Shown: piece by piece, positions 1 through 13,638 of the stretch | Layout of the letters: every line of letters begins with the position of its first letter | Numbering within the stretch: the stretch's first letter is position 1 | Source: Eledone cirrhosa | Lineage: Eukaryota | Direction of reading: 5' to 3' | NCBI GenBank assembly: GCA_964016885.1 | Contig: OZ024757.1 | Location: 10,912,001 to 10,976,000 of the forward strand | Length of the DNA: 64,000 nucleotides | Translations under genes and position numbers: made by a program | Notes under the pieces: generated by a model | The model's input: the letters and a program-made list of their open reading frames with translations, nothing else | The model's database searches: none | Told to the model about the DNA's origin: nothing

Positions 1-1300
1 AAGTAGGAGATCCTGTAGTTGCTAGCTATATTAGCTCCGCATACGGGTATTGTTGGTGGTCCTGTTGTCGGGTCGTCGACTGTCTTGTGGTCTTTGCGGA
101 GCCCATACAAGTTGGTATGCCATTGTTAGACGCCTGGAAGTTGTTGGCAGTGCGTCTGCTTGGCTTTAGGATGTCAGTCCACATCATCATGTGAGCGTTG
201 AGCATTTTTTCTCTCCCATCGTGTGTTTGTTGTGCAACTTCGCTCGTGTTGGTGATGTGGGGTTGCATAGCCTCGATGTAGTTCAGCATGCTATCTATTG
301 ACATCCTACCAGACTTATCTGTGGGTAGACACACTACCTCACCATCCCTTGTGCGCTGCTTGAGGCTAACCAAGCCTTCTACAGGTTTTCTCCCAAGTTG
401 TTGGGCCTCTGGTCTGCTCTGTCTCTTAGTATACCTGTCTACTACTTGTCTAATCTTATTTCTAGCTATGGTGAACTGTGCCTCCGTCTCGTCATCTATT
501 TGCTGTGGTATGCAAACTCTTTTATTAAAGGGTAACCTCGTAGGATAGATATTACCCATCTTATATTTTTTGTCAGCTGGGTTGAAAAATGGTTTCTCTA
601 AGGGGTTGTCATTATATCTATCGTCATAGTTGTGTGTGTTGCTATTGTTGTTTCTATCATTAGCATTATTATTATTGTTATGATTGCTAGATGTATTGTT
701 GTTTACTTCACCGTTATTGTTGTTGTTGTTACTGTTATTTCTATCATTGTGGTTGTTACTATTATTATGTTTCTTGTTTTTGTTGATGTTGCTACATGTA
801 CTATTTCCATTATTACCACTGTGGTTATTGTTGTCGTTGTTCGTATTGTTACCGTTATTACTACTGTGGTCACTGTTGCTGTGTCTGTGGTTAACGTTTC
901 TATTATTATTATTATTGTGGTTGTTGTTGTTCCGTCTATCGCTAGTATTATTGCCTTTATCACTATTTCTCACTTTCCTGCCATTGTTATGGTTATGGCT
1001 GTTATTTCTATACCCAGAGTTATTGTTTATATTACTACTACCGTTATTATTGTTGTTGTTGTTTACCTTTGCATTCCAACGTATTTTTGTGAAACACTTT
1101 TCCAGCTCCGTTTTGCATTCCATAGGGTTAATCTTTTTATAGATGGCAAATTTTGGTGGTAACCGTAGGATTTGTTGTTCTTATTCACTGATTAAAGTGT
1201 TCCCATAGATATTTACTGTGTGGTCATTGGTAAATTCTTCCGGTAGTTTTACATCAGTCATACGGATATTGTCGATGTTATCTGGGTATGTTATCATAGG
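1..1300 (-). mobile_element. Penelope-like element (family B), degraded N-terminal/RT-start ORF; runs off the window start
   Basis: ORF 26-1123 has VVCLPTDKSGRM (PLE PADKG-like motif). The same frame upstream reads QILRLPPKFAI after a stop. After a frameshift near 113 it reads LYGLRKDHK...PPTIPVCG (RT motifs 1-2). Contains an Asn-rich microsatellite expansion. Confidence 0.85.
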
Positions 1301-1301
1301 A

Positions 1302-1972
1302 ATGACCCAGCAGATAGGCAAATCAGAGAGGCCAGTGAAATAGAAATTAGAAGACCAAAGCTAAACAGAAAGAATTAGTGGAACAACAACAACACCCAAA
1401 CAAACAACACTGACCTAAGAGAAGTATAAATAAGTAAATAAATAAAATAAAATAAAATAAGATAAATAAATACATACACAAGCACAATAACAACAAGCAC
1501 ATAAACACACACTAGTCACCCAGCAGACACAACACTATACACACTAGTCACACAGCACACATAACATTATACACACACGCAAACGCATGCGCAAAGAAGA
1601 CAAAATAAAATAAAATAAACAAACAAGCAAATATATAAATAAATATATAGACAGACTGAATAAAAAAAAAAAAAAAAAAAAATGGCGTAGACATACAACA
1701 CAACACGAGGAAAAAAATATAACACCACTGACGATGTTGCAGATGTGCAACGAAAGATTTATGTAAATTATGTAAACTATATATATGTGTTTGTGTCTAT
1801 ATTGTATCTGTATTATTTTTGACCGTCGGTCAGTCAATGTCAACATTGAGGACCGAGTAAGTTAGATCGCAGATATAAAAGACAGCGAGAAGCGAAAACC
1901 AACCAAACAGTGAGTGTGTTCTGTTATTAATTCTGGCAATATTACGCAAATATGACCCTCCCCAAGTATAAC
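1302..1972 (+). mobile_element. Inverted 3' end (pseudo-LTR) of PLE family B: GIY-YIG C-terminus plus 3' UTR
   Basis: Closely matches 14481-15130 (DPADRQIREASEIE..). Inverted relative to the adjacent minus-strand ORF, as expected for a 5'-truncated PLE. Confidence 0.85.
1724..1765 (+). ncRNA. Hammerhead ribozyme motif, degenerate stems I/III (family B)
   Basis: CTGACGA-T-GTTGCA-GATG-TGCAAC-GAAA; stems I and III are weak. Confidence 0.55.
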
Positions 1973-2045
1973 AATATATATATATATATATACATATATA
2001 TACATATATATATACATATATATATACATATATATAAATTCATAT

Positions 2046-2090
<45 letters not shown>

Positions 2091-2190
2091 GAAGTAGTAA
2101 CACAACTAAATGTTGTGTTACTACTTCTACCAAACTCGTCCCATGGACTGAGTGCTCTACCACTACGGATATTACCTTCCAGTGTTCTAC

Positions 2191-2223
<33 letters not shown>

Positions 2224-2256
2224 CACACATAGATACACACATATATACATACACAG

Positions 2257-2334
<78 letters not shown>

Positions 2335-2369
2335 CTGTGTGTGTGTGACTTCCATTATTATTGTTGACT

Positions 2370-2550
2370 GGGCGGTGGATTGGCAGTATCGGTAGAGGGT
2401 CGGACACCATGCTTTCCAGCATAGTTATGTCCCTATAAAATAGAGATATTTTGAAATATTTATGAGAAAAAAAATCTATCTTCATAGTTGTTATTTACTA
2501 ATCTGAATAAGAAAAGTAAAAACCCAGGCAACGCCTGTCATTCAGCAAGT
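2370..2550 (+). mobile_element. SINE2 head fragment followed by a probable Helitron 3' end
   Basis: gggcggtggattggcagtatcggtagag matches SINE2. CAGGC-AAC-GCCTG hairpin followed by tcattcagCAAG-T resembles a Helitron hairpin plus CTAG terminus. Confidence 0.5.
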
Positions 2551-2737
2551 TGAAAATATATGTCACCTTTTATCTTCATTGAGGTGTTATGATAAATTTA
2601 ACTGTAATCTGTGACACGGATTTACAGACAAAGCATACATACATATATATATATACCTGTATGTATATATATACATATATATTGGTCTGTAGGTGGCCAT
2701 GTGGGTAGTAGTAGTGTATCTATGCATTCTTTCCGTC

Positions 2738-2774
2738 TAACCCATGCTAGCGTGGAAGAACAGACGTAAAACGG

Positions 2775-2802
<28 letters not shown>
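2738..2802 (+). mobile_element. RTE 3' terminal fragment with (GAT)n tail
   Basis: Matches the reverse complement of about 33262-33318. Confidence 0.7.
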
Positions 2803-2805
<3 letters not shown>

Positions 2806-3235
2806 ATATATATATACCTGTATGTATATATATATATATATATACATATATGTAAATATATATATACCTGTGTATATATACATATTTATATGTAAATATA
2901 TATATATACCTGTATGTATGTATATATATATATACATATATATATACCTGTATGTATGTATATATATATATATGTAATATATATATAGTAATATATATAG
3001 TCCCACAATCAGCAAAATAAAGTAATATATATATGTAAATATATATATATATGTAAATATATATATACCTGTATGTATATATATATACATATATACATAT
3101 ATGTAAATATATATATACCTGTATGTATGTATGTATATATATATACATACATATATGTAAATATATATATACCTGTATGTATATATATATACATATATAT
3201 ATATATACCTGTATTTCATTCATTTCATACATTTC

Positions 3236-3535
3236 ATTTTACGTCCACTTTTCCCTGCTTGCCACTGATTCTGGCTTGATTTCTACAGCTGGATGCCCTT
3301 CCTAACACCAACCTCATTTACAGTGAGTGCCGGGTACTTTTTTGCCGTGGCACCTCCACGACCACTTTGCAGTGGAATGATAGTCCTATCATCTCATTTC
3401 TACAGCTGAGTAAACTGGAGCAATGTGAAATAAAGTGTCTTGCTCAAGGAAACAACACATCACCCGGTCTGAGAATTGAACTCACAACCTTTCGATTGCA
3501 AGACCAATGCTCTAACCACTAAGCCATGTGCCTCC
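3236..3535 (-). mobile_element. tRNA-derived SINE1
   Basis: Head GGAGGCACATGGCTTAGTGGTTAGAGC (box A) and GAGTTCAATTC (box B); CORE-like TTGAGCAAGACACTT; RTE-like tail; five copies in the window. Confidence 0.85.
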
Positions 3536-3563
3536 ATATATATATACCTGTATGTATATATAT

Positions 3564-3601
<38 letters not shown>

Positions 3602-3657
3602 GTATGTATGTATATATATACATATATATATACCTGTATGTATGTATATATATATAC

Positions 3658-3691
<34 letters not shown>

Positions 3692-3759
3692 CTGTATGTA
3701 TCGGTTTACAATCAAACAAACCGAGCATTATAATAAATTTTCGGTAAACCGATACGTGC

Positions 3760-3885
3760 ATGTATGTATATATATACATACTACTGTACGTCTGTATACA
3801 TATATGTATGTACGTATACATACTTACATTTAAGTAACTGCCGTACTAAGAGTGAGAAATGAAATTTCGTTTCATTCTATTCCAT
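3760..3885 (-). repeat. Family F dispersed repeat fragment
   Basis: Reverse-complement match to 29570-29670 and 59780-59880. Confidence 0.7.
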
Positions 3886-3909
3886 TTATATATATATATA
3901 TATTTATAT

Positions 3910-4120
3910 ATAGGAACGAGTAGGACCCCGATGGCTGAGCTCAAGCCGTTACGACGGCTAATTCTGGACTAACATTTAGTCCAGAATTAGCCGTCGAAAC
4001 GGCTTGAGCTCAGCTGTCGGGGTCCTACTCGTTCCTATTACCCACTCTACTATCCTAAGTATTGAGTACTTTGGTGCGTTATGGTCCACCTGGTTCCTTA
4101 CCACATTTCCTTCGTTATAT
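3910..4120. mobile_element. Family A fold-back island (PLE pLTR-like), 3' half of a hammerhead on both arms
   Basis: Inverted repeat 3910-3972 / 3976-4038 plus a tail shared with copies at 5378, 8130, 19754, 21155 and 23333. Confidence 0.8.
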
Positions 4121-4133
4121 TTATATATATATA

Positions 4134-4790
4134 CACTTGCCGCACATCTCGGAGGTTGTTTTTCGTTATTTCGTGGGCCGAAATGCGAATCTCGATAATT
4201 TATGTATGTATTATTCTCCAGACTCTAGCTATTGACTAGTTAATTTTCTTGATTTTTACTTGATTCTATTGACTGCTGAATAGCTTATGTTAATTTTAAC
4301 CCTTCTGTTGAGAACTCTATTCGATTTGTGATGTTTTTGCATTCTTGCAAAAATATACACAACTGAATTCATTCACCTGATATAGGGGTTGCCTCCCTTG
4401 CCGATCCCCACGTGGGGTCAGCAATAGTCAGTCCTTGTATTAACATTGAACTAAAACCTGTTGAGAAAGTGGATTCCTTGTTCAATCATCTTACCAGAAG
4501 CCTGACATTATTTATGTAAGCGGACGGTACTTGATTTAGGAGCCGCAGAAACCCATATACTGGATTTTACCAACCTTCCAGGGGTCCGGGTAAATTTTCA
4601 ATACCCGAATTACTTGATCGTTTTTGGGGGGCTATGCGAATGATTGTTTAACCATCGTCTCAGCGTGTTTGGCCTTTAACGTTTGTTATAGCTCTGGTTC
4701 ACCTGAATCATTGAGCACTTGCCGCACATCTCGGAGGTTGTTTTTCGTTATTTCGTGGGCCTAAATGCGAATCTCGATAATTTATGTTTG
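4134..4790. mobile_element. Unknown element with about 75 bp direct terminal repeats, inside (TA)n
   Basis: cacttgccgcacatctcggagg...ctcgataatttatgt at about 4135-4206 and 4717-4788. Confidence 0.7.
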
Positions 4791-4985
4791 TATATATATA
4801 TATATATATATATATATTATCGGAGAAAGCTTTTTAGCGATACTCCGGCCAAATTCCAACTCACTCAACAAACATTAGGAAATAAGTGAGTATATTCCTA
4901 ATTATGCGTTCGGGGTGCTAACTAAATGTATTGCGTGGAAAATTGGCTGTATTATTTCATATGAGACATATCGAATATATCTCTT

Positions 4986-5111
4986 CCCAGACGGACGTCT
5001 CGTTTCATTATAGGATTCCTACAATATGGGTGAAATTATACCAATTTATGTAGGAGCTTGTATAGGATCAACAGATAATATTCAAGTGGGCTCCTATAAT
5101 TCATCAGTGGG
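4986..5111 (-). ncRNA. Type I hammerhead ribozyme with extended stem II (family C)
   Basis: Minus strand: CCCA-CTGATGA-ATTATAGGA...TCCTATAAT-GAAA-CGAGACGTCCG-TC-TGGG. Confidence 0.85.
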
Positions 5112-5247
5112 TGCCCCAATAATACTAATATCGATAATCTAACCAACATCAGTATTTAGCGATAATCATCATCAGTGCCTGAGGTATCTGTTAGGTTGCT
5201 AGTCCAGCAGTTCTAAAGCAATATATATATGTATATATATATATATT

Positions 5248-5314
5248 TTGTTATACTTGGGGAGGGTCATATTGTTGTAATAATATTGCCAGAAATAATA
5301 ACAGACCACACTCA

Positions 5315-5318
<4 letters not shown>
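5248..5318 (-). mobile_element. Family B PLE terminal fragment
   Basis: ttgttatacttggggagggtcatatt... matches 14172-14237. Confidence 0.65.
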
Positions 5319-5377
<59 letters not shown>

Positions 5378-5378
<1 letters not shown>

Positions 5379-5929
5379 ACCAAGGAAATGTGGTAAGGAA
5401 CCAGATGGACCATAACGCACCAAAGTACTCAATACTTAGGGTAGTAGAGTGGGTAATAGGAACGAGTTTTCTATAGTTTAGCAGTACCAGTGAGAGACTT
5501 GATGATTGTGGTAAGGGAATAGTAACCAGAAATTGTTTTTTTATATTTTTAACATTCTTATTATTCTTCTATATATTTACTCCATATTGATTTACTTATT
5601 GTTTCGACTTCCTCCCCCTCCCTAGTATACTTTCTTCACCTCCTGCACTTAGGATCCCGCTGTAGTTGGCACGACTGGGATTCCTCCCATCCCTCGCCCT
5701 CTTTCTTCTACTGGCAGGTCCAGCTACCCCTTCCTTCCCCAAATTGCCACGATAGAATTATGTGTCTCAACAACAAACTCTTGACCAATCCTTGTGAGAA
5801 TCAGTTTTACCATATATGGAATTACCCCCTGAGAAGCTCGGCTATTCATGTACCAGGATAACAATTTTCATTTAGTCCAGAATTAGCCGTCGAAACGGCT
5901 TGAGCTCAGCCGTCGGGGTCCTACTAGTT

Positions 5930-5932
<3 letters not shown>
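5378..5932 (+). mobile_element. Longest family A copy: inverted tail (5378-5467) plus 3' region ending in a hammerhead
   Basis: Shared termini with the other family A islands. Confidence 0.75.
5824..5919 (+). ncRNA. Hammerhead ribozyme (family A), core variant CTGAGAA
   Basis: ACCCC-CTGAGAA-..CGGCTA...TAGCCG..-GAAA-CGGCT TGAGCTC AGCCG-TC-GGGGT. Confidence 0.7.
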
Positions 5933-5995
<63 letters not shown>

Positions 5996-6109
5996 TATAT
6001 ATATATACACATATATATCTGTGTGTGTATGTATGTATATATATATATATATATATGTGTTTGTGCGTGTGTGTGGATGTGGATGTGTGTGTATATCTAA
6101 GTATATGTA

Positions 6110-6415
6110 TCATTATCATCACTTTATGTTCACTTTTCCCTGCAAAGGTGGCATGGGTACTATTCAGCACAGCATCCCTCCACTTGTCACGGTCCTTTGT
6201 CATCTCCTCTGTGAGTTTCAGTGATCTGAGATCTGCTCTCACCACCTCCGCCCATGTTTTTCGTGGTCTTCCTCTACTGTGTCTTCCTTCCACTGCGATT
6301 TCTTGGCACTTCTTTACCCAGCGGTCATCCTCCATGTGCATCACATGTCCATATCGTCTCAGTCCTCTCCCCTCCACACCACAACTTATCCCTCTTATAC
6401 ACAGTTTCTTTCCGT
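6110..6415 (-). mobile_element. RTE LINE 3' fragment (subfamily 2)
   Basis: [18 protein letters not shown]...RGRPRKTW (RTE C-terminus). Confidence 0.85.
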
Positions 6416-6565
6416 ATGTATGTATATATATGCATGTGTAGGTATATTTATGTATGCGGTGTATGTGTATGTATAATTATGTCTATATATATATGTATGT
6501 ATGTGTGTACGTAGTGATATATATATATATACATGTATTTATGTTATATATATATTTATATATAT

Positions 6566-6802
6566 ATGCAAAAGTTCTATTTAAAATTGTTGGGATACAA
6601 CAAGTAAATATTTTATAACTGATATAAAGCACTCGACAAGTTTTTGGAGTAGATATACGATATTAAATAAATGGAAACTATATTTATAAAATCATATTTA
6701 TTTCATTATACATATTTCAGGGATACCAAATTAAAATATGGTATGCCTTCATCAGACAAAATACAATATATAAACAGTTTTATAAATAATTTTGACGTAC
6801 CC
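6566..6802 (-). mobile_element. Solo pLTR fragment of PLE family D; hammerhead at 6699-6763
   Basis: Reverse-complement match to 12652-12889; core CTGATGA...GAAA-TATGTA-TA. Confidence 0.85.
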
Positions 6803-6844
6803 TATTAGATGCAACCATTATTTTTGGAAGCTGTCTGGATAGTT

Positions 6845-6876
<32 letters not shown>

Positions 6877-6908
6877 AATGTGTATGTGTGTACGTGTGGA
6901 TATAAATA

Positions 6909-6944
<36 letters not shown>

Positions 6945-7355
6945 GGTGTGTGTATATGGTGCTCCAGCATGGCCTCAGCTGGATGGCTGGAACAGGTGAA
7001 AGAGTATACATGTGTGAATATATATAGAAGATATATATACACATATATGTAATATATAGAATATATATATATACATATATGTAATGTTTGTGTGTATATG
7101 TATGTATATATATATATATGTATGTGTGTATAGGTGTGTATATATATGTGTATGTATGTGTATATGTCTGTCTGTATGTATATATATATATAGGTGTGTA
7201 TATATGTATATGTATGTATGTCTGTATGTATATATATATATATATATAAATATATATATGTGTGTATATATGTATATGTGTATATGTATATGTATATATA
7301 ACTATACATATAATATATGTGTATGTATGTATGTGTATGTATGTGTGTGTATGTG

Positions 7356-7388
<33 letters not shown>

Positions 7389-7596
7389 ATATATATATAT
7401 ATATATAATGAAGTTGTGCACATGTACGTCTGTGAGAGTGTACATGTATATGTGTGTGCGTGTGCTTGTATACTAATGTTTATACCTATATACATACCTA
7501 CATATGAGTATACATACATATGCATATCTATCTATCTCTCTCTCTATATATATACATACAGGTATATATATATGTATATATATATATACATACAGG

Positions 7597-7636
<40 letters not shown>

Positions 7637-7692
7637 TATACAGGTATATATATATATGTATATACATACATACAGGTATATATATGTATACA

Positions 7693-8076
7693 TGGTGGCT
7701 GCCAACTCGTTTTCGAGTACGGCCACTACTTTATATCCATGTAGGAGAACCCCTACCGATGCGCTGAACGAGTGACGTTTTAGTCCAGCCTGCGACATGA
7801 AAACTGGTACAAACACTACACTTGTGACAATTATTGACACATAGTGCTGGGCCCATGGTACCATGTGATGACAAGTGCAGAGAGATCTCCAGATATAAAG
7901 CAATGCCTGTGCCGTGAAGCTTTTATAGTGAGCAAAGGCACTGCACAAAGCCAGTCCCACTCTCTTAACCAAGATGATATTTACCAAAAAGAAGAACAAG
8001 TCAACATCATTGGATACCATCAGGGTTGCAGGTGTTATATCAGAGTTTTCCTTCTCCTAGAATTCTGCCTTGACAA
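7693..8076. repeat. Unknown dispersed repeat; inverted copy at 13182-13568
   Basis: About 385 bp of near-identical reverse-complement match; both copies adjoin (TA)n. Confidence 0.8.
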
Positions 8077-8129
8077 ATATATATATATATATATACATAC
8101 AGGTATATATATATATGTATATATAATAG

Positions 8130-8889
<760 letters not shown>

Positions 8890-8930
8890 CGATATTAAAC
8901 AAATGGAAACTATATTTTTAAAACCATATT

Positions 8931-8996
8931 TATTTCATTATACATATTTCAGGGATACCATATTAAAAATATGGCATGCCTTCGTCAGATAAAATA
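8931..8996 (-). ncRNA. Type I hammerhead ribozyme (family D, 3' pLTR)
   Basis: TATTTTAT-CTGACGA-AGGCATGCCATAT/ATATGGTATCCCT-GAAA-TATGTA-TA-ATGAAATA. Confidence 0.9.
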
Positions 8997-10702
8997 CAAT
9001 ATATAAACAGTTTTATAAATAATTTTGACGTACCATAAGCGACCATTAAGGTAGGAAGCTGGCTTGGTAGTGAAGTGTTTATAAATATTTAGTGTTAAGC
9101 ACAGTTATAAAGAAAGACGGAGAAAAAGAAGAAATGTATGTAAAGAAAAACAGAGAGAAATAGAGAGAAATAGGGGAGAGAGAAAGAGGGAGGAGGTGAA
9201 AAAAGAGAGGCAACCGAAGGCAACAGATGAATAATATTAATTCATCATACAAATTGAGAGATTTAAGAGGGAGGGAGTACGGTAATTATTTAGTTATAGT
9301 GTTAAGCACAGTTAGAGAAGAGACGGAGAGAAAGAAAAAATGGTGATGAAGAGAAAACAGAGAGAGAGAGAGGTGGGAGGAAAAGAAAGAGGGAGAAAAA
9401 ATAATAATAATTATATAGGGGGAGGTGAAAACCAAGAGAGAAACATGAGAGGCAAAGTCAAAATGACAGATACATAAACTTCATCATATAAAAAGAGAGA
9501 AGAGAAGAAAGAGCTATATCTAGAGAGAGGGATGATAGAGTTACATCTTTACGTCATGTCCTATCAATTTGAATTATCAATTCATATGAACTGGGTAATA
9601 TAATGTAAATATCAATATTCATGAATGAGACATAGATATATTATGTGTGAAAATAATTTTGCTCAATAATGACCATATGTTTACTTTAAAACTCTGAGGT
9701 CAATGTACCAAAATCTGAGATAAATCTTCAAAAAATTACCCTATTTATAAAAATACGGAGATATATAAGTATATAAGTATATACATACACATGCATATGC
9801 ACTTTCTGAAAAAGAAAAAGAGAAAGAGAAGTCATGTCAAGCTCTAGTTGATAATATAGACATACACATGACTTTACGTGATCAACTCTATAATTTCTTG
9901 TTTCATAAAAAAAATTTCCTTGTGTTTCATAAAAAAATGTCCTTGTATTTCACCATATATATATACATAAAAAATAAACGATTATTATTCATGCCCTCAC
10001 ACATATGATTATCGTTCATGTATATAATATTATGCATATCTGTAACATATACAGAACTATACCTACACATACATATACGTATGTATATATAAGATATCTG
10101 CGTGAGTGTTCTAGCATCTCTATGCACACATACAGGCACATGAACAGATAAAATATACTCTGTAATCATTCCATATGCATATTAATACATATGGCCTTTG
10201 TATAGAGACAACCAGATATCAATATATCAGCACAGAAATATCAAAACGTTAATATATTTTCAACACACCCTAGGGTATCTCAGGCCACAAAAAAAAAAAC
10301 AAAAAAAAAAACACAGTATGCTTCATATATTTACCACAGAAATCTATCCTTCCAATTTTCCAGACAATATATTGCCAAGTTCTTTAGAAGCAATCAGAAT
10401 CAAAAAGCAAATAAAAAACCAAAAATTATTTAACAAAAATCATTTAAAAGATTTAGAAGACCCTGTGGTTCTACGGATGCTCTTATATTTAGTATATAAA
10501 TTAATCTTGCGTAAAATTTATTTAATACATTGGGAGCATCTACATTTTAGAGTAGTTTAATTACATCATTTGTTTATATTTATGAAGAAGGTTTAAAAGA
10601 AAAAGTTGAAGGAATAGAAAGATTTATCGTCATGTTTCATACATTAATTAAATTTCTTAATTAATTATACTACATTTTAAATTTATATTTATATTTAAAC
10701 GT

Positions 10703-12493
10703 TCAGTTCAATCTATGTCTGCAGCAACTGAATAAATTGCTCCTTAGATTAAGGGAATTTTTGGATTTTAATATAAAGAATATCTCCTCCACACAGAGAT
10801 CACATGTCTCAGATGAGGAATTAAAAGGAATCCCTCTTGAGACAATATTCCAAAACATCGAATACCCAACGTTATCACGTTTAAGTTGCCAGAGTAAGCT
10901 TGATAGTGGAGTTGAAGATTGTTTGTTTGGATCTGTGAAAGAATTCTTATGATTATTGAAGCGAAGTTTAAATTCTCTCGAGGTGGAACCAACATAGTTG
11001 AAAGAATTTAAGTTCGTTTTAACATTACAATTGTATATTATATTTTTAACTAAGCAATTGTTATTTAACGGACATTTAGATTTATTTCTACAGTTACAGT
11101 TGTTTAATTGAATATTGTTTGGGTTATTATTGGTATTTTGGTTAGGTTTTAAATTCCTATTATTAATTCTGTTAATATTTTGTGCTAAATTTTTGGTGGA
11201 CGAGTAAGTTAATTTTATAGTATGTCTATTAAAAATTGAGTGATATTTATGTGTTCTAGGGAAGCGTTTGTCAAGAGCATTAAAGAATAGTTTAGCAATG
11301 TGGGTTTTAATATTTAGTGAGAAGGGGGGGGGGGGGGCAAACCATATTATATTTCTAGTTCTATTTCTTTTCCGGCTTTTGGAATTATTGTAATGTTTTC
11401 TATTATAGTTGTTAATGTTGTTACCGTAATTAAAATTGTTATTATTTTGGTTAGTTTGCTTATTATTATCGATGTACTTAATTTTATCACTATATCCTGC
11501 TCTAGCTAACGCTTCATTGTAATACTGCGCTTTTTCGTCGAAAATATTTTTATTAGATGAAATTCTTGAGATTCGTTCTTGAACAGAGTTCACTATAGTA
11601 TTTTTAACAGATCTGGGGTGATTAGAGTTAAAATTGACATAATTCAAGTTTTCATTTAGTTTGTGAAATGGATAGTGAAGACATGTGTTGAGATTTAGTG
11701 TTACATCTAGGAAATTGACAATTCTATGGTTATTCTCTATTTCTATTTTTAGATTAAGGTAATTAAAACATTGTATAATTTGTTTTCTTTTTCTATTTAG
11801 TTCAGAGTTATTATTTTCAATAAGTAAAAGCATGTCATCACGATATAATCCTCCGGTTACACCTGGTATTTTTCTATGCAGCGAATTAATTATAAATAGG
11901 CCCACAAGGTCCGTTACCTGAGTTGAGTCAGATGATCCCATAGTTATGTCGAAATTATTATCTCTATCTGCCCTAGTCCATAGTTGGTTATTAAATTATA
12001 TCAATGTTTTCCTTGCCGATAATATAATGTGCATTTCATTGCTAGTTAGGTCTGTATGTTTGAATGCGTAATTTAGTGCCTTATTCAGTAGATTAGGGGT
12101 AATAGATGAATAGTAGTTAGCAATATCTAGTTGAATAAATTTATTATTATTGTTATATTTAATTTCTTTAAACCACTCAATAACCTCACCAGTCCCCTTC
12201 CATAACTTTAAGTAAGGTAAATTATGTAAGTTTTTAATTTGCTGTATCACCCTGTCTAGAATGTTTTTGCTAAGTTTTCCCAGGTCAGATTTTGATGGTG
12301 CAATCAATCTGACTGGCAAATCATTTTCAAAATTTCTTTTGTGATCTTTCATATTGATCTTGGGTTTCCTAAGCATGAAGGGTTGTGTTTTGTTCTCAAT
12401 GTCTAACTCATGCATTATACAAGATGCCTCAACATTCATTTTTTCCAGTTCGTCCTTACTTGCTACCTTGTACTTTTTCCTTAGTTCTTTCAA
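10703..12493 (-). pseudogene. PLE reverse transcriptase + GIY-YIG endonuclease, one in-frame stop at 11996-11998
   Basis: MKDHK..PVRLI, FIQLDIANYYSSI, MGSSDS, LYRDDM, Cys linker CNCRNKSKCPLNNNC, IIY..YVGST..RFNNH, CDLCVEE. The two tracked ORFs are in the same frame. Confidence 0.93.
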
Positions 12494-12690
12494 TATAAGG
12501 CCATTATTTCTCTCTGTTTTTCTTTACATACATTTTTTTACATACATTTCTTCTTTTTCTCCGTCTTTCTTTATAACTGTGCTTAACACTAAATATTTAT
12601 AAACACTTCACTACCAAGCCAGCTTCCTACCTTAATGGTCGCTTATATTTATGGTACGTCAAAATTATTTATAAAACTGTTTATATATTG

Positions 12691-12756
12691 TATTTTATCT
12701 GACGAAGGCATGCCATATTTTTAATATGGTATCCCTGAAATATGTATAATGAAATA
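12691..12756 (+). ncRNA. Type I hammerhead ribozyme (family D, inverted pLTR)
   Basis: Same fold as 8931-8996 on the opposite strand. Confidence 0.9.
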
Positions 12757-12884
12757 AATATGGTTTTATAAATATAGTTTCCGTTTGTTTAATATCGTAT
12801 ATCTACTCCAAAAACTTGTCGAGTGCTTTATATCAGTTATAAAATATTTACTTGTTGTAACCCAACAATTTTAAATAAAAATTT

Positions 12885-12962
<78 letters not shown>

Positions 12963-13181
12963 GATACAGGTATATATATATATATATATACATGTATATA
13001 TGTACAACCTGTCTTATGGTCCGGTCGTTGGCGACTAAACTGGCAACCCCACCAAGGTTTATTGCAGAGGAGGGTGACTTTGGACATCCTGCGGGACCCA
13101 AAACAAAACCTGTCAAAGGGCAAAGGAGCTCATAAGAGTCAATGGCCATCCAAAATCACCGGGAGATATGACCCCTTAGCC

Positions 13182-13565
13182 TTTGTCAAGGCAGAATTCT
13201 AGGAAAAGGAAAACTCTGATATAACACCTGCAACCCTGATGGTATCCAATGATGTTGACTTGTTCTTCTTTTTGGTAAATATCATCTTGGTTAAGAGAAT
13301 GGGACTGGCTTTGTGCAGTGCCTTTGCTCACTATAAAAGCTTCACGGCACAGGCATTGCTTTATATTTGTAGATCTCTCTGCACTTGTTGTTACATGGTA
13401 CCATGGGCCCAGCACTATGTGTCAATAATTGTCACAAGTGTAGTGTTTGTACCAGAGTTTTCAAGTCGCTGGCTGGACTAAAAAGCCACACTTGTTCAGC
13501 GCATCGGTAGGGGTTCTCCTACATGGATATAAAGTAGTGGCCTTACTCGAAAACGAGTTGGCAGC

Positions 13566-13568
<3 letters not shown>
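13182..13568. repeat. Inverted copy of the repeat at 7693-8076
   Basis: Direct sequence comparison; matching spurious ORFs in the track. Confidence 0.8.

Positions 13569-13638
<70 letters not shown>

Larger units (their letters stand above)
8890..12889 (-). mobile_element. 5'-truncated Penelope-like element (family D, Neptune-type) with about 1.8 kb 3' UTR and inverted pLTR at 12506-12889
   Basis: RT + GIY-YIG ORF; 8890-9160 is the reverse complement of about 12506-12797. Confidence 0.92.

Noticed and set aside
632-1162. Hydrophobic membrane-like ORFs
   Set aside because: They are the antisense reading of the Asn-rich repeat in the PLE ORF.
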